From an uncultured Spirochaetota bacterium (lineage in GTDB: Bacteria > Spirochaetota > Spirochaetia > SZUA-6 > Fen-1364): DNA of 28,463 nt. Location: contig CAVUXE010000077.1 in the NCBI GenBank assembly GCA_963745235.1, forward strand, positions 1 to 28,463, written 5' to 3'. The notes under the pieces were generated by a model that ran no database searches, was not told the DNA's origin, and saw nothing but the letters and a program-made list of their open reading frames with translations. The first letter of the stretch is position 1. The number at the start of each line of letters is the position of its first letter. The translations under genes and the position numbers were made by a program. Shown one piece after another: positions 1 to 10,832 of this stretch.

Positions 1-1
1 C

Positions 2-421
2 TACAACGTCGAAGTCGTGAATCGGTTCGAACAGTTCCTGCTCAATACGGCGGAAGAAGCGGTGGGGTACGTCCAGAGGGTCGAGAGCCCGAACCTCAAG
101 ATACTCCTCGATACGTACCATATGAATATTGAGGAGGACAGCTTCGAAGCTGCCATCACGACCACCGGAAGCCTGCTCGGCCATCTCCACACCGGAGAGA
201 GCAATCGCAAGCCGCCCGGCCGCGGCCATATCCCGTGGAAAGAGGTCGGGGCTGCCCTGAAGAAAATCGGCTTCAACGGCTGGGTCGTCATGGAGCCTTT
301 CCTCATGCCCGGAGGCGAGATTGGCCGCGACATTCGTGTTAATCGTGAATTGATGCCCCAGGTGGATCTGGACGAAGAGGCGCGCAGGGCGTGCGCGTTC
401 ACGAGGGAGCTCCTGTCATGA
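2..421 (+). CDS. D-psicose/D-tagatose 3-epimerase family (TIM-barrel ketose epimerase), 5'-partial
   Basis: Open from the window edge. EVVNRFE, LDTYHMNIEE, HLHTGESNRKPPGRG and VMEPF carry the Glu/Asp/His/Glu metal and catalytic residues of the family. Confidence 0.9.
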   Translation, partial: YNVEVVNRFEQFLLNTAEEAVGYVQRVESPNLKILLDTYHMNIEEDSFEAAITTTGSLLGHLHTGESNRKPPGRGHIPWKEVGAALKKIGFNGWVVMEPFLMPGGEIGRDIRVNRELMPQVDLDEEARRACAFTRELLS

Positions 422-453
422 GGTCTTTGCGCAACCCTTGAAGCGTGTGAAAG

Positions 454-1494
454 ATGCCGACCCGCAGGCGTGAACTCGCAACGAGCGAAGATGTCGCCAG
501 GATGGCTGGCGTATCTCGGGCAACCGTCTCAAATTTCCTCAACAGATCAAAGTATGTGAGCCCTCAGCTTTCCGCCCCGGGTGAAGTCTGCGATTCAGAG
601 ACTCAACTACCGGCCGCACAGGGCATCGCCCGTAGCCTTGCCGCGAAGAAGACCTACACGATCGGCCTCCTGGTTCCAAGGATCGCAAGCTCGTTCTATC
701 CGCCCATCGTCTCCGCTGTTCAGCGGGTGTTGGAGCGCGCTGGGTATTCCACGATTCTTGGGGAGAGTCTCGAAAAGCAGGCGAGCGAAGCGACAATGTT
801 CAGAGTGCTGACGGAGAAGCGCGTGGATGGAATAATCTGGGCCCCCTGCAGCTCGCAGAACCTCCCCCTGGCGCAATCCCTCGTAGCATCCGGCTTCCCG
901 GTCGTGATCATCGACCGAAAGCTGAATACACGAGAGCTGGACATGGTGGTCTCTGATAATGAGAGCGCCGGCAGGACGGGTACACGCCACCTTCTTTCCC
1001 TTGGATACCGACGAATCCTGGCGCTCACGTTCTCGCAGGATCTGGCCCCTGCACGCGACAGACTCATTGGATATCGGCGCGCAATGCAGGAATCAGGAAT
1101 CGGGATTGAACGGTCCCTTGTCTGATTGTCCGGCAAGCCCGCCTACGGTGACGCCAGCAAAAAGCTCGCGGCCATTCTTCGGGGGACGCGACGGCCGGAA
1201 GCAATCTTTGCGTGCTCTGACGTGCTGACCCTCATCACCGTGAAGGAAGCAAGGAATCCCGGCTTGTCAATCCCGCGTGATCTGGCGGTCCTCGGCTTTG
1301 ACGACACGCATTGGGGCGCTTTCGTCGATCCGCCCCTGACAGTCATGACTCAGGACACACAGAATATGGGGACGCTTGCAGCCAAGTTCCTGCTCCACCG
1401 GCTGAATGAGGGAAGAGACGAAAAGCCCCATCTGATTGAGCTCCCCGTCAAGCTGTTGAAACGCAGCTCATGTGGCGAGGCCAGGGCTGACTGA
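454..1494 (+). pseudogene. LacI-family transcriptional regulator, disrupted (compensating frameshifts ~575-622 and in-frame TGA 1123-1125; possibly sequencing errors)
   Basis: HTH ATSEDVARMAGVSRATVSNFLN. The hinge VKSAIQRLNYRP lies in another frame (581-620), then IARSL..TIGLLVP resumes. The C-terminal PEAIFACSD, DLAVLGFDD, PPLTV, LLKRSSCG continues in frame after the TGA. Confidence 0.85.
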
Positions 1495-1564
1495 CGCGGG
1501 AGATGTCACGTGCACGTAAAGGGGTCCGGTGCCAAAAGGCGAATTGACCGCGGTGGAACATTCC

Positions 1565-1918
1565 ATGAAAACCTATGATTTGAAGAAAGGGACGCGGGTC
1601 ATTATCAGAGACGGCCGAGACGCTGAACTGCTTGATTCATCGCGAAGATTGATCAGACAAGCAAAGATCGAAGCAGCCTCGGTGGGTTCTGGAGCCATCT
1701 TGAGCTACGACATCGTCGCTTATCGGGACCGTGAAGGCATTTGGCAAAAGGATCTTGAATACTCGCAGGAAGAAGTCAAGCAGCGGGAGCGCCGGGATTC
1801 AAAAACGGCCGCCCATGGCCACGGCTATTCAACCGAATCACCCCATACTTCCGGGCAAGTAGATAACCCGTTCAGTTGGAATCTTGCAAACACCTGCGAA
1901 CCTTCCCTAGGCGCGTGA
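1565..1918 (+). CDS. hypothetical protein
   Basis: ORF MKTYDLKKGTRVIIRDG... fills the gap between genes; alternative GTG start at 1529. No family securely recognised. Confidence 0.5.
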   Translation: MKTYDLKKGTRVIIRDGRDAELLDSSRRLIRQAKIEAASVGSGAILSYDIVAYRDREGIWQKDLEYSQEEVKQRERRDSKTAAHGHGYSTESPHTSGQVDNPFSWNLANTCEPSLGA

Positions 1919-1920
1919 CA

Positions 1921-2421
1921 TCAAAGCTGGCCCATTTGAGAAGGTCGCGATGTCTGAAAGTACTCCCTCAGGATCTTCACAACGAGCTCGTGGTCTTCTT
2001 TTTGAGGAAGCGCCCGGACACAGTAATCGTACCTACGAATCCAGTACCTTTGACGACAATGGGGAAACAGCCCCCATGGGCGGCAAAGTGACCCATATGG
2101 CGGTCATACCTTTCGTCAAGTGTTTTCCCTTCGCTCAACAGTTGCAGATGAATTGCATAGGAACTTCCGGAACGTCGTTTTGACCAGATTCTTTTTTCGC
2201 TCGATCCAATCTGCATTATCCACTGAGCTGCCATTCGCTGCAAAATGGAATAGCCTTTGTCCGCTTCGTTCGATGTCGACGGCGATGGGAAGTTTACGCT
2301 CTCTCGCCACTTTCAGAAGCGCAAGCCCCACGCTGAAAGCTTCTTCGTTTCCAAATGATTCAAAGACAAGTTCCCTTTCTTCCTGATCTACTTTGTCGAG
2401 CTCCTCCCTGCCTTGATCCAT
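1921..2421 (-). CDS. UPF0303 / heme-degrading-domain (GlcG/HbpS-like) protein, two apparent frameshifts (~2165-2180 and ~2010)
   Basis: RBS AAGGAG before ATG 2421. Three frames join to give LVFESFGNEEAFSVG...PIAVDI...DNADWIERKKN / SSY...FAAHGGCFPIVVKGTGFVGTITVSG / LPQKEDHELVV, stop at 1921-1923. Confidence 0.85.
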
Positions 2422-2596
2422 GATCACTCTCCTTTCTTCTTGCAATAATCACATTGGACCCCCAGAAGCTGAGCACATACTAACACACACACAAATGGGC
2501 AGACTATCCTGTCTGATCGCTGAGATTTCGACGCGAGACAGCGCGCTGCTGAGTCTTCCTGCAGGTTGTCTAGTTCTTGACAATCCAGGAAATCGT

Positions 2597-3515
2597 TCAT
2601 TCATCAGCAGCCGCGCCCACTTGTTCACGCAGCCTGGTGATGTCCTTGGTTGGCGCATTCCCGAAGAAGCGGCCGTATTCTCTGCTGAACTGCGAAGCGC
2701 TCATGTACCCCACGTTCCGACTTGCAGTACCTGCGTCCATCATCGGGGACAACATCAGACGCCTCGCCTCTTGAAGACGCAGCACCTTCTGGTACTGCAA
2801 GGGGCTCATCGAGGTGACGGACTTGAAGTGCTGGTGGAAAGAGGAAACGCTCATGTTCGCCAACTTGGCCAGCTCTTCGACTTTCATGGGCTGGGAGAAA
2901 TTGGCGCGCAGCCAGGACACTGCCTTTGCGACTCCATACACACCGGAGTCCGCAAGGCCAATCTGGGCCACCCGGACACCAATGGGACTGCGGAGCAGAC
3001 GGATCAGGATCTCATCGACGACAAGCGGGGCGAAGCAGCTCTGCATCCCCGGGCTGCGCCATCAACTCGATCAGCCTTATTGCTGCATTGATGATATTCG
3101 CGTCGGCCTGACCGACGTACACGCCGCCGCTCTCGTGAACAGGCGGCAGACCCTGCGGGAATACCTTCAATACCAGATTGGCGACCTTTTGCGGATCGAG
3201 ATCCAGCCTGAGACAGAGGAAAGGCTCGGAAAGGCTTGCTCGCGTGACCTGAGAAGCCACGGGCACATCAACCGAGAACACGATCATGCGCGACGGGTTG
3301 TACTCATAGACCTCCCGTCCCACCATCACGCTCTTCTCGCCTTGCGCGACGATGCACACGGCTGACTGCTGCACGCCATGCACCAGCTCCGCGTACGTTC
3401 GTGAACGGCGAATCGCGTGCACCCCGGGAATGCGCAGCTCGAAGCTGCCGTCGTGCGGTGCATAAGCCTTGATCAGACTGGCCAGCCTGACCACGTCCGG
3501 CCCGCTTGGGTCCAC
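2597..3515 (-). CDS. AraC-family regulator with AraC_N (YqhC-type) sensor domain, frameshift ~3030
   Basis: N-terminal [38 protein letters not shown]; C-terminal [52 protein letters not shown]. The true start may be TTG 3558 behind GGAGG, which needs one more indel. Confidence 0.9.
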
Positions 3516-3775
3516 GACGGCGCCTGGTGCAGGCGACGCTGTTATCAGAAGCCTTCAAAGTCAGGCACCTCCCTGACAAGTATTTCAGAAAGTTACGCCC
3601 ATGGCGATGGCCTCGCCGTGGCGGTGCAAGCCCGTTGTCCAAAGCCCTGTCGAGGTGAAACCGCGGCACCGATCATCTTCCTGGCTGCTGCAGGTTCTCT
3701 ACTCAGTCTCGTCACTCCCTACGAATGCCGCTTCCGCAGTTCCGCGGCCAACCCGGTCCAAGCGTGGCCGAACGA

Positions 3776-4423
3776 TCACGGGTTGGTGAAATACTCGAAC
3801 CGGTACGCCAGCTCGGGGCCGCCGTTGCCCTCGTACGCCAGCTGGCCGACGAGCAGCGCAAACGGCTCGGTATAGCGTGCAATCCGCAAGGGCCCGGCGT
3901 CCACGGGATCGAAGCCCACGTCACGGATCAGCTCAGCAGCAATCTCTTTGCTGCTCGAGTCGTCCCCGCAGTACACGAGGCTGGGTCGCCCGGTCTTTCC
4001 CCTGGCTTCATACGCACCGAAAAGGACCTCGCCGGGCACCGTGTTGAATGCGCAGACGACCCGAGCATTCGGAACCATCCTTGCCAGCTCTTCCGCGCCC
4101 GACGTGGTGTGACCCACGACGAGCTCCGTATTGTTGGAGTTCATCGGGAGGGAGCAGGTGAGGATCACCTTACCGGACAGATCGCCAGCCTGCCGTAGCA
4201 CATCGGCTATTCGCGACCAGTGCACGGCCAGCAGGATGGCGTCGGCATCCCGCGCCGCCTCACGTGGTGTCCCCGCTCTGGCTTTTCCCTGCGCCTCCCG
4301 CGCCAGGTTCTTCAGTTTCTCCTCGCTTTGCGCGTAGCTGAAGGTCACTTCGTGCCCGGCACGTGCGAAGATCGTTCCGAGCTTGCCGCCCATCAACCCC
4401 GAACCTATGACGCCGACGCGCAT
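3776..4423 (-). CDS. NADPH-dependent F420 reductase / pyrroline-5-carboxylate-reductase-like dinucleotide-binding oxidoreductase (COG2085-type)
   Basis: AAGGAG RBS; MRVGVIGSGLMGG Rossmann motif; SGAEELA, ARVVCAFNT, CGDD, GFDPVDAGPL. Confidence 0.88.
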   Translation of the reverse strand: MRVGVIGSGLMGGKLGTIFARAGHEVTFSYAQSEEKLKNLAREAQGKARAGTPREAARDADAILLAVHWSRIADVLRQAGDLSGKVILTCSLPMNSNNTELVVGHTTSGAEELARMVPNARVVCAFNTVPGEVLFGAYEARGKTGRPSLVYCGDDSSSKEIAAELIRDVGFDPVDAGPLRIARYTEPFALLVGQLAYEGNGGPELAYRFEYFTNP

Positions 4424-4457
4424 TTGCTCTCCTTTTGTCTTACGGCCTCTGGCCTCA

Positions 4458-5466
<1,009 letters not shown>

Positions 5467-5515
5467 CTATTGTACCGAACGTTGAAAAACCTTCGACGCA
5501 CAACTTCCGGCCGCT

Positions 5516-6258
5516 CTACAACGCCGAGCGCAGTCCATTGATGATGTCCGCCTCCCTCATGGGCGGACGCCCGGGGAGCCGGCCCTCCTGGTCGTGGACG
5601 ATGCGCAGCCTGCGTCGTCCACCCTCTTGGCCTTCAGCCCGAAGATGCGCTGCGCGAACTGCACGAACCGGGCGGGCCGCGCCTTGGCCGCAAAGCGCAT
5701 CCACGCCGGGTTGAGCACTGCCAGCCCAGCCCCATGCGTTATGTCGTAGTGGGCGGACAGCACGTGCTCAATCATCTGCACCGGGCATGGCGAGTCGGTT
5801 CCGACCTGGACCCATCCGTTGAGCGCCACCACCGATGCCCACGGCACCTGGACTCTTGCCTCGAGGTTTCTCCGTCGACCACAGCTTTCGGACCCCACTC
5901 CATGGCCGTGAGGATTGTCCCCTCGGCAACGCGGTCCTGCAGCGGCGTGCCGTCCACACCGTTGAGTAGAAGACAGCGGCCGCGATCACCTTCGCCGTGT
6001 GCATCGTGCTGCCGCCCCCCTGCACGCCGGAACATTCCGTCACCGAAGGCCCGCTCCTTTCAGACTGGAAACCGCGCGGTCGAACGCCCCGCTGCGCTTG
6101 ACGCTGTTGCCGCCGGTAACGAGCAAGGCGCGTCTGCCGTACGCACCCACCACCTCGCCCAGGCGCGAAAGCGCTCCGGCCGCGAAGATAAGACGTGTGG
6201 GATTCTGGAGCTCGAACTTCATTGTCGCATCGCGAAGCTTGTCCTGGTTTTCAGCCAT
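5516..6258 (-). pseudogene. iron-containing alcohol/butanol dehydrogenase (YqhD/BdhA-like) pseudogene with internal deletions
   Basis: Fragments in several frames: FELQNPTRLIF..ALLVTGGNSVKRSG; GGGSTMHTAK; IEHVLSAHYDITHGAGLAVL. About 740 bp against roughly 1.15-1.2 kb for an intact family member. Confidence 0.85.
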
Positions 6259-6351
6259 CGTTCGTTTCTCTCCTTGTATTGTTTAGCGTGAAGATCTTGT
6301 TTGGGTCTTACACTGTCGCCACGTCCGTGGAAAGCACGGGCTCGCAATGGG

Positions 6352-6413
6352 AATATAGGGTTTGACACCGGTGAGTGTTTGCCTAAACCTACCAATCTTT
6401 AGCCTGATTCACT
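6352..6413 (-). promoter_or_regulatory. candidate AraC-activated promoter: tandem AGGC(T/A)A boxes 21 bp apart plus -10 TATATT
   Basis: Minus strand reads GAATCAGGCTAAAGATTGGTAGGTTTAGGCAAAC; boxes at 6400-6405 and 6379-6384; TATATT at 6357-6352, upstream of the ADH-AKR operon. Confidence 0.5.
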
Positions 6414-6822
6414 CGATCACTGTCCTGGTCCATCTCGACATGCCCTTCCTACCTTTAGGCAGGGCCCCACCAAATGGCGTCCCCGATGCAGATCGTTTCG
6501 AGACATTCCCTATCGAGCATGCGCTGATGCGCACCATCACCAAGGGCGCAACAAGGTTTCTGAGGGAGGCGGGCTCGTCCGGTCGGGCTGACCGCAGTGG
6601 AAATTGAATACCGGCAAAAGCGGTCCTGGGGCAGAGAAGCGTCGTGACTTCAAGCGAAGGGCGAGGAGGGCTCCGGCGGCCGAGGCTGTTGGGCCCACCC
6701 GGTGGCGGCGATCGACTGCCGCGATCGCGAACAGATGGGCAGGCAGATGGGGCAGGCTCTGGGATTCCGCCCCGGCATGGGCGCGCCTGCGGCCAATTCG
6801 CCATGATTTTTCGAAATTTCAA

Positions 6823-6851
6823 TTGACCGGAAGAGGTCATCATATTATTTT
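6823..6851 (+). promoter_or_regulatory. sigma70-type promoter of the catabolic cluster
   Basis: TTGACC (6823-6828), 17-bp spacer, TATTTT (6846-6851), in an AT-rich patch about 45 bp before the M24 ATG. Confidence 0.6.
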
Positions 6852-6883
6852 CTTGATCAGTTGGTCAAACCAATTGACCAAGA
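6851..6883. promoter_or_regulatory. FadR/PdhR-type (GntR family) operator within a 33-bp imperfect palindrome
   Basis: TCTTGATCAGTTGGT-CAA-ACCAATTGACCAAGA, arms complementary at 13/15. The core AGTTGGTCAAACCAATT is one base from the PdhR-type consensus AATTGGTnnnACCAATT. Confidence 0.75.
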
Positions 6884-6895
6884 GATTCATCCGCT

Positions 6896-8032
6896 ATGGA
6901 AGATTACAAGACCCTTAAGCCATACGGATTCCGCAAGGATCGATTGCTCAACGAGATGGGCGCGCGAAAGCTTGATTGTCTACTATTAACTTCACCTGAA
7001 AACGTCTATTACGTCACCGGATATACGGTCCTTCCAAGCAGCGGAAATCCCATTCTCTATACCCTGCGCAATCGACTTCCGTACGTGGTGCATATCGATT
7101 CACAAGGGACGATCTCGCTGATTTGCTGGGGTTTTTCCGCGCAAGGAGTCTCATTCGGGGTCGACCACGTCGTCGGCATCAACACGTTCCGCGAGAGCGT
7201 CGAAGCTTTACTTCATCGTCTGTCCGCTCAACAAAGTCTGAGACGGGTTGGCATCGAATCTACCATGCCTTTCGCGGTATTCTCGGCGATCCGGAGCGCT
7301 TATCCCGCGCTCGACCTTGTCGACAGCGATGAGGTCATGAAGAAGTTGCGTCTTATCAAGTCAGCGAGCGAAATTGAGCAGATTGCTTCAAGCACTCGGA
7401 AGATCGAGCAAACTGTTCAGGAACTGTACGGTGTATTGCGCGTCGGTATGTCTCGCCTGGAGCTTATCCAGGAGGCCAAGTATCGCCTGCTGAAGAACGG
7501 CGCGGACGGAATAAGTCACGCCACTTTCGCCTTCGGTCGGGATAACCCGGAAATCGCTTTGGGCGAAAAGCTCGAAATGAACAATCTGATAACTCTTGAC
7601 CTCGGCGGGATATTCAATGGATATAGTTCGGACACCCGAAGATACGCTTTCACCGGTATTCCGCCGAGCTCGGTCCTTGCAAAATACCAGACCATGGTGG
7701 ACATCGTTGACGCTGTCGGTGCCGCCCTTGTCCCAGGGGCGACCTACGCGCGGGTATCAAGCCGCGCAGTCGAACTTTTCGAGGAACACGGTGAAAAGTC
7801 TGCCGGCCGGATGACGCATGTTGGTCACAACATCGGGATCGAAACCGAAGAAGAATGGATCGATGATAGCGAGAACCCAATCCAAATCGGAATGGTGATC
7901 AATATCGAGCTTTATACAACCACGGATTCGTTTGGACATATAGGAAATGAAGAAACTTTTGTCGTCGAGCAGAGTGGACCGCGGAGAATTTCCAGCCTCC
8001 CCCGAAAAATCAAGGCGATAGGACTCACGTGA
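6896..8032 (+). CDS. M24-family (Xaa-Pro peptidase/creatinase fold) metallohydrolase
   Basis: Creatinase_N-like SPENVYYVTGY; linker LRLIKSASEI; metal ligands in TLDLGGIFNGYSSDTRR, HVGHNIG, NIE and GNEET. Confidence 0.9.
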   Translation: MEDYKTLKPYGFRKDRLLNEMGARKLDCLLLTSPENVYYVTGYTVLPSSGNPILYTLRNRLPYVVHIDSQGTISLICWGFSAQGVSFGVDHVVGINTFRESVEALLHRLSAQQSLRRVGIESTMPFAVFSAIRSAYPALDLVDSDEVMKKLRLIKSASEIEQIASSTRKIEQTVQELYGVLRVGMSRLELIQEAKYRLLKNGADGISHATFAFGRDNPEIALGEKLEMNNLITLDLGGIFNGYSSDTRRYAFTGIPPSSVLAKYQTMVDIVDAVGAALVPGATYARVSSRAVELFEEHGEKSAGRMTHVGHNIGIETEEEWIDDSENPIQIGMVINIELYTTTDSFGHIGNEETFVVEQSGPRRISSLPRKIKAIGLT

Positions 8033-9058
8033 GGAACGGAAAGCTTCAGCTTGGACTTATTGGGCTCGGATCGATCAGCCAAGCGCATGTGGCGGGGTAC
8101 CAGGAGGAAGCGTCGCGGGTTGAGATCGCGGCGGTGTGTGACATCCGCGAGGAGGTTTTGCACGCGACTTCCAAGAAACTTCGCGCGAAGGCATACAGAA
8201 ATTTCGAAGAAATGCTCGCTGACCGGAACATCGAGGCTGTGGATATTATCCTGCCGCACAATCTGCACTTTCGAGTAGCGCAGGCGGCGCTCAAAAGTAG
8301 CAAACACGTCCTTGTTGAAAAGCCCATGACTCCAAGCAGCCAGGAATGTTCGCAACTAATAGCGCTTGCCGCTGAAAAACGTCTTACCTTTACCGCAGCG
8401 GAGAACACCCCTTTCGTGCTTGCGTACCAAGCAGTCGAGGAGTTGACGAAATCTGGCCTTGTAGGAAAACCTCGCGTCGTCCGGACCTTTATCTATGGCT
8501 CAGAGGTTGACAGGCTGACAAGAACCGACTTATGGAAAGGCAAACTCGATGGTTCAAACGGTGGTGCGATAATTGACGCGGGACCTCACTCCTTCTATCT
8601 CATTAAATGGCTGTTCGGTGAGATCGACAAGCTACAGGCTGCCCAATACAAGCTCGTAAACGAAAGCGAAGTCGAAGACAACGCAGTGATTTCGGGGTCC
8701 TTAAAGAACGGAGCGGTGTTCATCTCCGAGTTCAGCTTTACTGCAGAGATACCCTGGGGCGAACGTCTTGAGATCTATGGGTCCGAAGGAACGATCATTC
8801 TCGACCATCTGTTTGATCCTCCGATTCAGGTATACAGGGGAAGACACGACTATGAGGGCAAAGCCGTTGAACGAATCAAATACAATCCAAAGAAGTGGAA
8901 AAGTGATTCCATTGCACGTAGGAGTCAGAGACTTCATTTCCGCGGTACTGAATGAACGTCCTCCCCGGGTGGATCCAAGAGATGCGCAATACGGAGTCTA
9001 CATTGCAGAGAAGGCATACGAGTCCGTTCGCTCGGGAGGCAGGTCTGTGAATGTTTAG
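8029..9058 (+). CDS. Gfo/Idh/MocA-family oxidoreductase (copy 1), frameshift ~8917
   Basis: GLIGLGSI, KHVLVEKP, GGAIIDAGPH. The C-terminus VRDFISAVLNERPPRVDPRDAQYGVYIAEKAYES is in the next frame and matches the end of copy 2. The GTG overlaps the M24 stop (GTGA). Confidence 0.9.
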
Positions 9059-9061
9059 CCT

Positions 9062-9240
9062 ATGGGCGCTACGGCGGCTGAATTGCTACGACTTGCGAAG
9101 CTCCAAGGAGACATTGTGCAGAACCGAATCGCAATCGTGACCGGCGCCGCTACCTTCGAAGAAATAAAGAAAGCAACGGGAGGAGGAGCAGGCGTTGGGA
9201 AGGTGGGCCGATCCTCGCGAAATCGCCGAGGTAATCTGGT
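9062..9240 (+). pseudogene. possible degenerate BFD-like [2Fe-2S] ferredoxin remnant
   Basis: GDIVQ..IVTGAATFEEIKKATGGGAGVGK resembles the BFD pattern GA.T.EEIK..T.AG.GCG.C, but the Cys ligands are absent or out of frame. Confidence 0.3.
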
Positions 9241-9446
9241 TTCTATCCGGCAGCGGAGCATCATTCATTACTGGTGCGGATGTTCTCGCGGATGCGGGGT
9301 GGGTTGCCAGGTGAAATGGAGCGGTCCTTCGACCGCGAGGAGGGTGCACCAGGATCAAGAAAGAGGGAGTTTCCAAAGCACCGCCGTGACGCAAAAAAAA
9401 CGCGCTCATAGCGAAGTCAAGGACAAGTTCAAGAGGAGGCATATAT

Positions 9447-10735
9447 ATGAAGGGCACGGTACTGAAGAAGCGAATTGTTGTTCTTCTGGTTTTCCTCGGG
9501 CTCATCACTTTTGCCGGCTTCGCATTTGGGAGCCCGGTAGAGTTGAATTACGTGTATCGGATCACGAGCGCGGATCACGACACGTATATCAAGTGGCTTA
9601 CGGATGCGTTCAATCAAATGAACGCGGGAAAAATCCATCTGAATGTCACTGGAATTGCAGACAAGATATACAAATCGAAAATTGAGCTTCAACTGGCCGG
9701 CGCCGGGCTCCGGATGTCTTCTTCTCATGGGAGGGAGGATATGCGCAAGGCATGGTAGATTCCGGTTATGCGGCGCAACTTGACCCCTACTTCAAGAGTT
9801 ACGGATGGGATACATCTCTCACGGCGGCAGCCAGGTCGATCGCCACGATAGAGGGGCATCAATACTGTCTTCCTTACGTCATGGATGCGTCTCTGGTCTG
9901 GTACAATACCGACATTTTCAAGAAGTACAACCTGCGCGCCCCTAAGACATGGGATGAAATGATGAACGTCGCAAATGTCCTCAAGCAGAACGGCATTGCA
10001 CCGATGCTGCTCGCAAATCAGCAAAAGTGGGAGGCCCAATTCGACTGGACTGCATATTTCGTCAACAAGAATGGCGCACAGACGTACACTGATCTCTTGA
10101 ATCGCAAGATCCCATGGACCGATGAGAGGGTCATCGACACGTTCAAAGAGATGAAAAGTCTTGTCGACACGGGATTCTTCACGCGGGATTTTAGCTCCAT
10201 GGATTTTAGCACAACCGCGGATCAAGTGTGGGACGCTGGCAAGGCGGGGATGTGGTACCAGGGTTCCTTCATATTGTTCTACTTTCTGAACTCGAACAGA
10301 ACAGCTCTGAGGTCTCCTGTCTCTTTCTTCCCTTACCCCAAGATCGGTGATGTGGCACCAACCATTGAGATCTTTGCTGAGGAAACTGACATGATCAACG
10401 CTCATAGCAAATTCAAGGATGCGGCGGCCGAGTTCTTGAACTTTGCCGTGTCAAAACAGGCTCAGGAGCGACAGACGAAGACGGATGTCCCGTTCCCGGT
10501 AAACAAGAGTGTTGAGCTTACCGGGCTTCCGTTCATGGTCAAGCAGATCGGAGCGTTGATTGCCGGCTACAAAGGGTCGACCTGGATGCATGTGGACCAC
10601 GCCCTGACCTCGAACGTAGCAATTCCGTTCCTGGACTCTCTTTCCAGCGTCCTTACGGGACAAATGAGTCCGGAGGACGCCGCCAAAGCAGTCGAACAGG
10701 CAGCGCAGGCAGCGCTCGGTCCGGTCGCACAGTGA
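9447..10735 (+). CDS. CUT1 ABC transporter solute-binding protein (copy 1), frameshift ~9705
   Basis: GAGGAGG RBS; signal peptide KKRIVVLLVFLGLITFAGFAFG; rejoined APDVFFSWEGG, VWYNTDIFKKYNL.APKTWDE, GMWYQGS. Confidence 0.9.
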
Positions 10736-10745
10736 ACCGGCAGCG

Positions 10746-10769
10746 CAGGGGAGCGACAGTGCTCCCCTG
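10746..10769 (+). terminator. intercistronic stem-loop after SBP 1 (mRNA stabiliser or partial terminator)
   Basis: CAGGGGAGC-GACAGT-GCTCCCCTG, perfect 9-bp stem, no long U tract. Confidence 0.6.
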
Positions 10770-10832
10770 TTGCTCCCGAGGCGCGAGAACCCTGTCGGTT
10801 GAGGGCAGCAAGTGAGAGTAGCACAGAAACTC

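Noticed and set aside
1123-1125. In-frame TGA in LacI read as selenocysteine or stop-codon recoding
   Set aside because: Not a catalytic Cys position, no convincing SECIS hairpin follows, TGA is a normal stop in many genes here, and the same gene has other errors.
6409-6918. ORFs 6409-6843 (-) and 6604-6918 (+) in the divergent intergenic region
   Set aside because: Arg/Pro/Gly-rich, no family motif or clear RBS, and they overlap the promoter and operator.
8900-9720. Programmed ribosomal frameshifting in Gfo 1 or SBP 1
   Set aside because: No slippery heptamer at the shift sites, and the paralogues are uninterrupted.
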